64,000 nucleotides of DNA from assembly GCA_965644295.1 (NCBI GenBank), contig CBFFRP010000199.1:248001-312000 (forward strand), given 5' to 3'. The stretch comes from Paraphysomonas bandaiensis. Taxonomy: Eukaryota; Protista; Chrysophyceae. Position 1 is the stretch's first letter. Each line of letters starts with the position of its first letter. The position numbers and the translations under genes were made by a program. The notes beneath the pieces were generated by a model. It was given only the letters and a program-made list of their open reading frames with translations. It was not told the origin of the DNA and did not search any database. Below are positions 54,320 to 64,000 of the stretch, in pieces.

Positions 54320-54883
54320 ATGGAATCAACTACCACGGAATCAACTACCACGGAATCAACTACCACGGAATCAACTACCACGGAATCAACTACCACAGGG
54401 GGCATTAGAAAAGTCGGTGATGGGGAAACCAAAAATCGTAACTCCTCTGCGTTAGCTCAGTTTGCGAAGTACTTGGAGATGCGGTTCGACGGGAAGAAGA
54501 GGTATAAGGAACTCATAGACAGTGATATAAATGTAGAACTATTTCAATGTTTCGGTGGCTTTTTGATCGATCACGCCGTCCATGGAACAACGAAGAAGCC
54601 TTTGACCCTAGGTACTGCTTGGCAGTATTTGTCAGACACGAAGACTGCGCTGACGAAGCGATTTAAAAGAAATGAGTTATTAAGCAGCTCCAATGAGCTG
54701 TGGTACAAAGATGTGAGAGCGGCAGTATCAAAGCATATTATCAAGCGGTGTATCGCACAAGGAGTGCGTATATCAGAGAAAACAAGTCCAGTGGGGAAAG
54801 AACTAATGAAGCGCATAGGTGAATACATTATACATTTCATACAATGTGATAGGTACACCGGTATACCGCCGTATACTGTTTAG
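54320..54883 (+). mobile_element. Truncated tyrosine-recombinase (Crypton-like) element: N-terminal core-binding domain only
   Basis: SALAQFAKYL..LFQCFGGFL..KPLTLGTAWQYLSDTKTAL..WYKDVR..KTSPVGKELM resembles, from memory, the SAM-like domain of stramenopile YR transposon proteins; no catalytic R/HxxR/Y follows. Confidence 0.55.
54322..54396 (+). repeat. Perfect 15-bp tandem repeat x5 encoding (ESTTT)5
   Basis: ggaatcaactaccac repeated five times without mismatch. Confidence 0.97.
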
Positions 54884-55122
54884 TTCTCCACAGGGTAAAA
54901 AAAACTTGGTTTTTCTGCATGATCGCCAAATTTCCCTGATTTCAGCTTATATATACGTATACTGTAGTCTTGAGGTATGTAAATATTTGGTGTACTTTGT
55001 GTACAACACTGTGAAGCATGGTGCTTGTATAGAGTTTGAGTGTTTACTCCTTATATTCTGTTGCACGTCGCAGATTAGCGATCCTTCAAAGAATACTTGC
55101 TACAGTGCTTTATATTACACTT

Positions 55123-56028
55123 ATGGTCAGAATAGGAATTCTTTCGCTGGTGATTTCGCTCATCAGTTGGAATGTACTGGACGCATCTCGTGTATCCAAC
55201 TGTTATTCATCAGATGATTTATCGTTACTGGATCGCTCCCGCCTGAGTGTGTATATGATAGATTGGGAGAAAAAGATATTCATGGGATGGACACCGAAAG
55301 CTGCCTGCACTAATGCGGTGGCTATGTTTTTTGACAACATGGGCTTCGAGAGCGGTATAAATTACACTACATTCCCTCATGTGTTTCGCAAACATTACCA
55401 GGACAAGACACGTTCAGTCAATAGTAACTTATGCATTCTCACGGATCCATTTTGGCACCGTTTTAAAGTCGTGCGCAATCCTTTTGATCGAGCAGTGTCG
55501 TCGTTTCTACACATTATGAGTACCAAATTATCAACATCGGTATATCACACTGAACGTGCTGCACAACAAGCTACTTTTCGCTCTCACTTAGATCTCATGG
55601 AAAAAAGTGGTGGAATAATTATCGGTGCAGGGCATCATGATGTCACACAGGCACTTGATCTGGAAATGAATCAGTTTTTATCCCCTGTTACCCCACCCCT
55701 ATTTAGACACATCGTCAAGGTTGAGAACATCGAAAGGGAACTTTCTCGAGTTAACAATGATTTTGGGTCGAATTTTAATCCAAATTATTTTTTATCAAAT
55801 GCTTACCGGAGGCCAATTAGTGAAGAAGTGAAAGTTATTCGTAAATGTAAAGGACCATTTCTGGGAAACATTGAATGGCGGAATTTGTCACACATTCCCC
55901 ACGAGAAATTGCCGTACGAGTGTTTTTATGACCATTCATTGAAGGAACAAGCCTCCAGGTTGTTTGCCAAAGATATATTGCTGTACAATTACTCCTTCCC
56001 TTATATTCTTCCCACCGATTGGGCTTAA
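55123..56028 (+). CDS. Sulfotransferase family 2 (carbohydrate sulfotransferase-like), signal-anchored
   Basis: 5'PSB WTPKAACT, 3'PB VVRNPFDRAVSSF, H..Q, KVENIEREL, FAKDILLYNY. Confidence 0.88.
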   Translation: MVRIGILSLVISLISWNVLDASRVSNCYSSDDLSLLDRSRLSVYMIDWEKKIFMGWTPKAACTNAVAMFFDNMGFESGINYTTFPHVFRKHYQDKTRSVNSNLCILTDPFWHRFKVVRNPFDRAVSSFLHIMSTKLSTSVYHTERAAQQATFRSHLDLMEKSGGIIIGAGHHDVTQALDLEMNQFLSPVTPPLFRHIVKVENIERELSRVNNDFGSNFNPNYFLSNAYRRPISEEVKVIRKCKGPFLGNIEWRNLSHIPHEKLPYECFYDHSLKEQASRLFAKDILLYNYSFPYILPTDWA

Positions 56029-56514
56029 TAATTCTGACATATATTTAATGATATGAGTAAATAGCTGCGAGATTGCAGTATTTTCGCGCTGTCGTACTTG
56101 GTTAGCAAATTACAGTACACCTGCCTCCCAAGGCATTGTCGTGTTCACAATCCTCTCAAGTTATTGTGAAACACCTGCCATTTTGCTCATGTCATAACTC
56201 TCATGTTCTTTGGTGTTGTTATATTACACGCTCCACACGCAAACCTTAACCTTGCTTTATTGCACACAATGTACTTTCAAGAAAGATTATAATTAATATC
56301 TCAATACTTGCCAACATATTCAAGTAACATCTGGTGTGAACCAGGGCCTGGTAACCGTTAATGGTAATGCCATTAATGGCCATTATATTTGCTGGGACAT
56401 TTGTACATTGTAATCTCAGAAACATCTGTACGCGAAACTTCGTGATAGGTACTAAGTACTAACAACAAGCACATTACAACAAGTCGGGTTAGCAAAATCT
56501 TTCATAAATACAAA

Positions 56515-57333
56515 TTATTTAAAGTTATTTTTAGCTTCTCTCAGTGCTGATAGCACAGACACAGCACTAGGACAATCTGAAAACATAGCAGAAATGGACG
56601 GTTCATCTACACGCATGAACGGATTAGTACAAAGCTCTAGTCCAATGGTAGATGGAACTGTGTGCTCATTTCTGTCACGCTTTTGCTTCGCACTTTCGTT
56701 AGCTTCAATGAGGTCTTGATTGTGGCAGTCCACAGAAAGTGCAAAGCGATAATTAGAGAGCGTATATTCATGTCCACAAAATACTTGGGTGTCTGGGGGA
56801 AGCTGCGCCAGCTTCTGCAATGAGCCGTACATGTCCTCGGCAGTCCCTTCAAAAAATTTTCCACATCCACCCACAAATAGTGTGTCTCCTGTGAAGACAG
56901 CCCTCTGGCCAAAATGCTGTACATAGTAGGAGATATGACCCATAGTATGACCTGGGGTGAGAATACAACGGATGGATATATCACATAGCATCACTTCGTC
57001 CCCATCGCTCACCACTCTTGTGCATCCTTCGACATTATCTCTAGCTGATCCCAGGATGTCAACTGAAACCAAATCCATTCATATTTTCGCTCGCGGTAAT
57101 ATACAGATATACGTACCTGGGTTTGTTTCTCTAAAGGCGCTGTTCCCACCCGCATGATCCCAGTGTTTATGTGTAGTCAAAACCATTACAATATTAACAC
57201 CATGTTCAGCTGCAACTCGCTTGCACTCCTCCGGCTGGCTGGATATATCCACAAGGGCAGCAGACCTGGTGTCTTCGTGGATGATCAGATATCCATAGTT
57301 ATCATCGTTCAGTGGGATCGTGATGATTTTCAT
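56515..57333 (-). CDS. HAGH: Hydroxyacylglutathione hydrolase (glyoxalase II), 2 exons
   Basis: DNYGYLI, THKHWDHAGGN, TPGHTMGHISY, FTGDTLFVGGCGKFFEG, CGHEYT, TVPSTIGLE..NPFMR. Confidence 0.96.
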
Positions 57334-57657
57334 GATAACACAATCTGCAGTCGATCCTTGCTTATGATGGGGAAGAATTCGGATCGAATCCTATTGAGGT
57401 TGATGGGGGGGTGCGTGGCTTCACAGAGTACACAAGTTTACAGCACAGTGGTGTGTGTGTATACCTATACCATACATGTATATTTCCTATCTGGGTACTC
57501 CACTTCCGATACACGCACTTACCGACATGGTATACTGGTATTCCATGGTATACGTCGTACGAGCAAAAAGGCAGCGGGGTGTAATAACAAGAGCACAGAG
57601 GGTTGCTTAAGTACAACTAGTACTAGTATAAATAATATCCCCATCCACGTCAACGTG

Positions 57658-58828
57658 ATGAATAATATTATCTGTTTCCTGTGTGTGTTGTTGACTCATG
57701 GTATAGCTGCATCGAAGCCCATTGCTGTTGTCCATATTGGTAAGAGGTTACTTGTCCGTACGGCGCTTGTATCGCTGATATTTGTCATGTGCAGGGCCGC
57801 CTAAGACGGGCACCACTTTCATCCAGGCAGTACTGTTCAAATTAAAAGGTGACTTATTGAAAGAAAATTATGCTGTTATAACTCATGATAACAAACCAAA
57901 TATGTATCCGTTGGGGGACTGTTTCTTCTCTCCTCCTCGCCACAATACTCCTAAAGAAACATGCACTACAATGATACGCACTTATCGCACTCTGTTCCAA
58001 ACACATCTTAATGCTAATAGGAACATTATACTTTCGGCCGAAACATTTTCTTCTCCTGAAGCTGATATAGGCATTCTCTTCGAACTGTTGCAGGGGTTTC
58101 AGCCGCTAGTTATTATGTCAATGAGAAATTCTTTCAGCATGTTACATTCTTATTTCTTTGAAATGTGCAAACCTGAAGTTTATGAAGAGCGGTGTCAAGA
58201 ACTGCGAGACAAAGAGGAGTTGACCATCGAAAGTTATTTAGTTCGTGGAAATATTGAAAACAAGATTTCAATGCTCTACAATCGCACTGTAGGATTGGCC
58301 CGTCGTATTTCCCAGTTGGTTGGAAAAGATAATATTCGTATCATTGATTTCGACGGTTGTGCAGAGAGTGGTGTGAATATTGCAGGTGTTCTGCTCAGAC
58401 TCATAGATATCTCCCATGAATTTTTGTCTGACCACTCAGAAGCTGTCACCAACATGGGTAGAAGAAACGTTGGTAGGCCTCTTGATTACCACCAGGTATA
58501 TGTTGGAGCAATCCGACGCGGAATTTTGCCTAAGTACAAATCTCTTCCTGTGCATGGTCACGTCCTTCCGGACACACTGGAAGGAGAGATGCTTCCCAAA
58601 AAGTGTATGTCATTGGATATTCAAAATAGGATGATAGCCATAAGTCTCAATTTCGATAAGGAGTTACGTAACAGTTTTCCGTTACAAATTGTGGAGAGTA
58701 ATCGGTATGCTATGATCAAGAATGTGCAGAAAATAACAACGGATGAGTCGCTGTGCTTTGTGGACGAGGAAAAATTTTTTGCCTCTAGTGTATGGGTGAA
58801 ATGGCTCACTAGTCATGCAAGAAGTTGA
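57658..58828 (+). CDS. Signal-anchored P-loop sulfotransferase-like protein, 2 exons
   Basis: Spliced VVHIG|PPKTGTTFIQ, IILSAETF, IMSMRN..S: typical of the HIGxxKTGTT sulfotransferase-like family. Confidence 0.8.
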
Positions 58829-59119
58829 GATATATACACGAGATCATTTCAGAATTATGGTTATGATTGACTGTACAGTCGAAGACATCTTCATGTATAA
58901 GTTACGGCAACTCTTTCATTTTTGCGGATTTATGCCTGCTCATTGGCGCTATAGTTTGATGTTCTCAATGAACACGGGTGCATCGATATTAAGAAGTCAC
59001 TACTCGCTGTAACTGACAACGTTTTTTTTCAGGCTTGTGGCGAAATGTGTATGTAATAATATAGGGACGTCCATTTGATTGAGCCATTGAAGTGTTTAAA
59101 GTGGATTATAAGGAGTAAT

Positions 59120-59520
59120 GATAAAGTGACTTTTTTTATGGGCGAGCAACTAAGTGCTGTACTTTAAGTTTTCTGGTAACCATTGGCGACGTAAGATTGC
59201 TGTAGTACAAGCCACAGTTTCAATATCTCATCAATGCAGAGTAAGTGTCAGGCAATGTACGCTGGGATGCAGGTACTGGTGTGACTTCGGGATATCATTT
59301 TTCCTAGATAGCCAAAGTGACCGTGACATAGTGAGCGCTTAATCCTGTATTCCATAAATGATCTAAACATATCGAGATCTAATTCAATTGAATATGTGAA
59401 CGTGTAGATCAGGATGGACCATTAAACACTGCGACACTGTATCATATTGGAACAGATGATCATACTGCAGATTTTTTTACAAAATCATTGTGTATTGGGA
59501 TTTATGAGAAACATGAACTG
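59120..59520 (+). mobile_element. Degenerate Ty1/copia retrotransposon RNase H remnant
   Basis: W.RK..QATVS.S, DSQS, ALNPVFHK*SKHIEI*F..I(C)ERV, LYHIGTDDHTADFFTKSL match the copia RNase H consensus, with stops and frameshifts. Confidence 0.85.
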
Positions 59521-61080
59521 GGCCCACCTCAAGGGTATTCAGGACTAGGCCCACCTGAAGGGTAACTGGGGTGTTGGGTGCCTGTTGAAGTCAAGCATCT
59601 GGACTGTTCACCTTTAGGACTCAAAAATCCTGAACTCAGCAGATATATATCTGATTTATCAACATTGGATTTGTGGTAGAGCGAAACTGATTACACCTTG
59701 GTGCTTGCGGTGATGCACAAGTAGCTTTCGTAGCGTTAAGTATTAGGATATCAGAGTTAAAAGTACTGATTTTTAAACGCCTATATTGCTAGACTAATAA
59801 GAAATTTACTGCTACATCACGGCACATAGCTGACGGATAAGCAACCACAAACATATAACTCCGACATTTCAGTTTTCTAGTAGCCTCACCACAAATATCA
59901 CTATTATGACTCTCTCTTCGTCGCTTCTACGAATTTATTTTTCCAAGGACCTTCACCGATTGCAGTTTCTGTTCCTCACCGAGGCATCTCTTTCTACTAC
60001 GGATGCTTGTTTCTTCATCAGGGCCCAAAGACCAAAGACGTCTACACAAGTAACACTTATATTAGTGGCCCATGTACCACACAAGCATTCGGTTATTATC
60101 TTCTGTCTATATATATTATATATATGCGGCTCACGTTAGTTTTTAGGAGAAATGATCTCGGTACTTCTCTCCCAGAACGCCAGTCCGAATTTGCTTAGGG
60201 TGTCTCGTGTGATGTAAAAATCCTATCTACAGCTTTTAATTTTTGAGAGCAGGCAGTGTTGATTTTCGGTGTTTTGTGGGCAATTAAAAGATTTATTTTA
60301 AGGTATTAGAATTATTACTGTCATTTAGTTTATTCCACCTTTGCATTCACAGTTGAGACCACAGAGTCAACATCTATTTATATCATCGTTGATATCATCG
60401 CTATCAGACATATGTAATTATACGTACAGGAAGCAAAAGGAAGAGGAAAGGTGTCATCGCATTCTTTCTGTTTTTGATGTCATGAGACTATACGTTCATG
60501 CATGTAGACACCAAGCGTCGGGGCCGAGAGCAAACAATAAAGCTCCGTATAAATTGGTTCTTATCCTTTGACTATTGTTGTTATTGGACATTCGAAGATG
60601 CAACCTTGCTTTTGCGGAGGAGGCATTTTGGAGGGGTCAGTAGGGATTCTAAAGCCAGTTGGACGGCCATCATTTAACCCGAACTTCATTGTCGAGAAAT
60701 TTACTGATCTTAGTGACAACCATTGTTCTACAGGAACAGAAGGACACCAACAAAGCAAAAGATAAGACTTCTGAATGTGTGCACTAGTATAAGAACAGCT
60801 ATATTTAATCAAGCTGTTCAATCCTTTGTGTCTGGCTATACTAAACCTACACAACGTACAGCCATACTACAGAGCATGATTGGTAATACCAACACATCTA
60901 AAAGTAGAAAAGTAGTATTACTTACTCATCTTCAGGCACTTATTGATAAAAGATCAGACACATTATAAGAATCGTAGACGACTAATTACTTGTGCATGTC
61001 TACTAGACGTTAGAAGTTGAACTTCATTCGACATCACCGTCATATATCCCATCTGTTACCAATATCTTCTTTTTTCAACA

Positions 61081-61210
61081 ACAAATTGTGGTGAGTAATA
61101 AGCATGAAATGATCAAGAATGTGCAGAAAATAACATCGGACGAGTCGTTGTTGTGCTTTGTGGACGAGGAATTTTTTTGCCTTTAAAGTATGGGGAAAAT
61201 GGCTCACTAA
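61081..61210 (+). pseudogene. Frameshifted copy of the 3' end of the 57658-58828 sulfotransferase-like gene
   Basis: Aligns by eye to 58684-58811 (acaaattgtgg..atgatcaagaatgtgcagaaaataaca..gctttgtggacgagga..aaatggctcacta), with a 3-nt insertion and a 2-nt deletion. Confidence 0.9.
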
Positions 61211-61486
61211 TCGTATATATAACAAACGTAGATGCTGCGACGACTGCAAGTTCAGGGATATGTGTTTTTCATTGGTTATACTCATCTCATGGTCATACTG
61301 CAAGTTAAAAAGAAATAACAGTCTACTGTGACAACTTCGTCGTTCCACATTCATCACTACGACATTACTTTACCAACATCCTAGCCACTAGACATGACAT
61401 AAATTCCCCGCTTTCACGTTAGCATTTTTTAATCAGTACGTCTGCGTTAGAGTTATTCCAATCCGCAGATAATGAGAGTTACATGC

Positions 61487-62781
61487 TCAAGAGAGCATAT
61501 CGATTTCAGTTTCTTTTTCTTTCTTCTTGGATTCGTCTTTGAGAGCTTTCATGGGCATGTCGTTGCAGCGCGCTCTCAACTCGGTCAGCAGTCGGGACAA
61601 CTCCAGCAATGAAAACTCTTTTAGCACTACCTCTTGCCAAGTCTGCACAGTTCTGGATGCGGTCCCGTCAGAGTTCTTGAAAGGTGTGGGGTTCAATATC
61701 ACTCTCACCACCGGTCCACCTGATCCATCTCCCTCGGGAAAAGAATCCCACAGCTCAAATAAGATGTAAGCCGAGAAACTCATTGCAACACGGAAGTCTT
61801 TCACGACCCCCAGTACGCACAGTGCTCCGAGAAGAGTGTAGTCGTGCCCGGAAAATATGTTCACTGAGTGCTCTAGATTGAGAACATGCTGCATAAGAAA
61901 ATTTTAGGGCGAAACGACAAAGTGTGTTCCGACCGAACCTCAAGAATATCAACAGCCATCCGACCGCCCATCTCAGTCGTAAACCCACTGTGCAAAAACC
62001 GCTGCTCCCAAACCCAAAGTGCTAACTCTGTCACACGATGTTCATGCTCTGGCGGAAATATCTTTGATAGCTCCTGGCGCTCACTCTCCTCCACCGGCCA
62101 GTATAGTTCGCACTCTCGCGCTGCATGGAGGTACGTTGTTGCCCACAACGCTTTCTGTAGCTTAGAGAGGATTGTATCACTGGCCCCAACAGTGCGAAAC
62201 ACATCAATGAGGAAGTCTTTGTTTTCTTCCGTTTTAACCTTCCAGCTCTCCTCAGTGTTCTGTCTGTTCTTAATTATATCAGCCTTATCTTTAAAGACCT
62301 TCCAAGGACGGAAGTAGTTATCCGCATCCACAGGATAAAATGATGGTTTAGGGCCCACAACCTGGATAAATATAATAATCAGAACACAGTGTACATAAGA
62401 AATATATTCACCTGGCCCCCCATGGCCCTATTAAATCCCACAATAAAGTCATCTCCGCTTTCCTTAGCCCTGTCAGATTTGCTGCATCTCCAAAATATGC
62501 GGCTACGCTCTGCATCCACCGCACCAGATCTGATATAACGGTCGACATACCACTCTCCTAATAACTCACACTGCATATGACCAACTGAACTAAGATTCTC
62601 CCTCTCATTTTCTTTCCACTGAGATTTAACGGGGTGATCATCTGGCCAGGGTGTCAGTTCGGATGCTAGAAAACAACAACAACGATTACATCTTAAGCTG
62701 AGAGGAGTTCTGTACATACATACCGCCCGGGCCCCTTGAACCATGGCGGTGAAGTATGGATACCGAAAGCAATTTAGGCAT
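61487..62781 (-). CDS. Histidine acid phosphatase (branch 2), 4 exons
   Basis: MPKLLSVSILHRHGSRGP (RHGxRxP), LSSVG..Q..LG, RAKESG, FSGHDYTL (HD). Confidence 0.92.
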
Positions 62782-63201
62782 GTTAGTTGAATCCTTCTAA
62801 TTCTTCTGACTTGTGTAGCAGGGAGGCACCTGGCAGTGCTCGGAGGATTATCACACTGCGGATTCCTGCCTGTTCTTGTAGCGAAATATTTGATCCATAT
62901 TTTTTAGCATACAAAAATAACAGCATCCAACAGTCACTTGTATCCTACATACGGCGGTACACCGTGAGTATCTTTGCACAATGAAATACAACGTATCACT
63001 GCGTATATGTATGGTACGCACTTACGAAGTAGCAGGATACAATGCTGTACTCTGCAGTACGGCGTACTGTTCAATGAATAACTATCCAATAAAACATCTT
63101 CACTCAGATCAGCGACTTTTTAATTGGGTAAATTTCGTGGAAATGAACAGGAAATTTACTCGTGCATGAAGTGCAAGTGATGTGTGCAGCAGGTAGGCAG
63201 A

Positions 63202-63239
63202 ATACTATACTATACTATACTATACTATACTATACTATA
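63202..63239. repeat. (ATACT)7 microsatellite in a divergent intergenic region
   Basis: Seen directly in the sequence. Confidence 0.95.
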
Positions 63240-63329
63240 TGCAATCAGTCAGTTGGCAGAACAGGAAACACACAGATACCAGCCCTGAGTGAGTATTTTT
63301 AGCAGAATCTATTAGTTTGTATAGGAAGG

Positions 63330-64000
63330 ATGACTTCCACACATGATTATATTCCTCTCATCGATGCAAAGTGCCTCTTTGACGAAGACCACCCCCTGCA
63401 TGGCGATACAGTACACAATTTGCTTCATTCCGTTCAAACATCAGGTTTTCTTATCTTACGGAATTCTGCTTTATCCCCTTCTATTATTGATGATGTAATA
63501 TCATCCTACCAACAGTTCTTTAGTCTTCCAAAAGAAAAGAAGGAAACAGTGGATATGACCAGGAGCTCCTCGAATAGAGGGTGGGGATACAGTGGAGCAG
63601 AGCGTGTCAGCTCCATTTATAATTCTGACTACAAAGAGTTCTTTGACTGTGGCATAGAATTACCTCCCAACTTGCCAGTTCAAGGGGTTCGATATTACGA
63701 TCCTAATTTGTGGCCCAGTGAGGATTTAGCTCCCAACTTTCGTGCTAAAATCTTATCTTATTATGATGCAGCAAGCGAAGTTTCGCAACAGCTTCTTGTA
63801 GCAATTGCCAGGTGTCTTGGCCTTCCCGCGGAATACTTTTCGTCGTGCTTTACCTGTCCGATGTCTCTCTTGAGAGGCAACTACTACCCACCCCGCCCTG
63901 ATTGGGCATCCGAAAAAGATTTTGGAATTGCCCCTCATACAGATTACGGGTGTCTTACTTTGGTCGTATCTGACGGTACACCAGGTTTAGAAGTTCAAAC
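63330..64000 (+). CDS. Isopenicillin N synthase-family 2OG-Fe(II) oxygenase; runs off the window end and is absent from the ORF track
   Basis: Open frame MTSTHDYIPLID..GFLILRN..FFSLPKEKK..NRGW..DYKEFFD..PNLWP..LLRGNYYPPRP..GIAPHTDYGCLTL..GLEVQ (HxD motif). Confidence 0.93.
   Translation, partial: MTSTHDYIPLIDAKCLFDEDHPLHGDTVHNLLHSVQTSGFLILRNSALSPSIIDDVISSYQQFFSLPKEKKETVDMTRSSSNRGWGYSGAERVSSIYNSDYKEFFDCGIELPPNLPVQGVRYYDPNLWPSEDLAPNFRAKILSYYDAASEVSQQLLVAIARCLGLPAEYFSSCFTCPMSLLRGNYYPPRPDWASEKDFGIAPHTDYGCLTLVVSDGTPGLEVQ

Noticed and set aside
54322-54396. Repeat array considered as CRISPR-like
   Set aside because: No spacers; a simple coding minisatellite in a eukaryotic context.
59521-59640. 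Possible copia PPT/LTR start and the direct repeat ggcccacct(c/g)aagggta
   Set aside because: No second LTR or target-site duplication in the window to define boundaries.
59900-60970. Several 60-100 aa ORFs
   Set aside because: No motifs and no convincing splice model; probably decayed DNA.
1-64000. tRNA, rRNA, snRNA genes and alternative genetic code or selenoprotein readthrough
   Set aside because: No such RNA signatures recognised by eye; apparent in-frame stops in intact genes are all resolved by short introns.

Overview
Gene-dense eukaryotic nuclear DNA of roughly 40% GC, with many very short (~45-65 nt), almost all GT-AG spliceosomal introns. A TMEM107 homolog implies a flagellated protist; the gene content looks stramenopile-like (inference). 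The first third of the window is one giant minus-strand gene (22795..2501). Traced by hand it has 30 exons and 29 introns and encodes ~6,200-6,300 aa: a DUF3638/DUF3645 helicase-like P-loop core carrying two LamG-like domains, a degenerate papain-like domain, Tudor, two thioredoxins, SPRY, two WWE, a receiver-like insert, EF-hands, a Zn finger and an IQ motif. The rest is mostly head-to-head gene pairs: mitochondrial carrier, tandem-USP protein, PIF1, UTP3/SAS10, FYVE-lipase, PLOD-like glycosyltransferase, SWS1/ZSWIM7, TMEM107, CDC123-like ATP-grasp, purple acid phosphatase, methyltransferase, two sulfotransferases, glyoxalase II, histidine acid phosphatase and a bacterial-looking 2OG-Fe(II) oxygenase. 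There are also decayed copia and Crypton-like remnants and pseudogene fragments. All domain calls come from motif recognition by eye; no database search was run.
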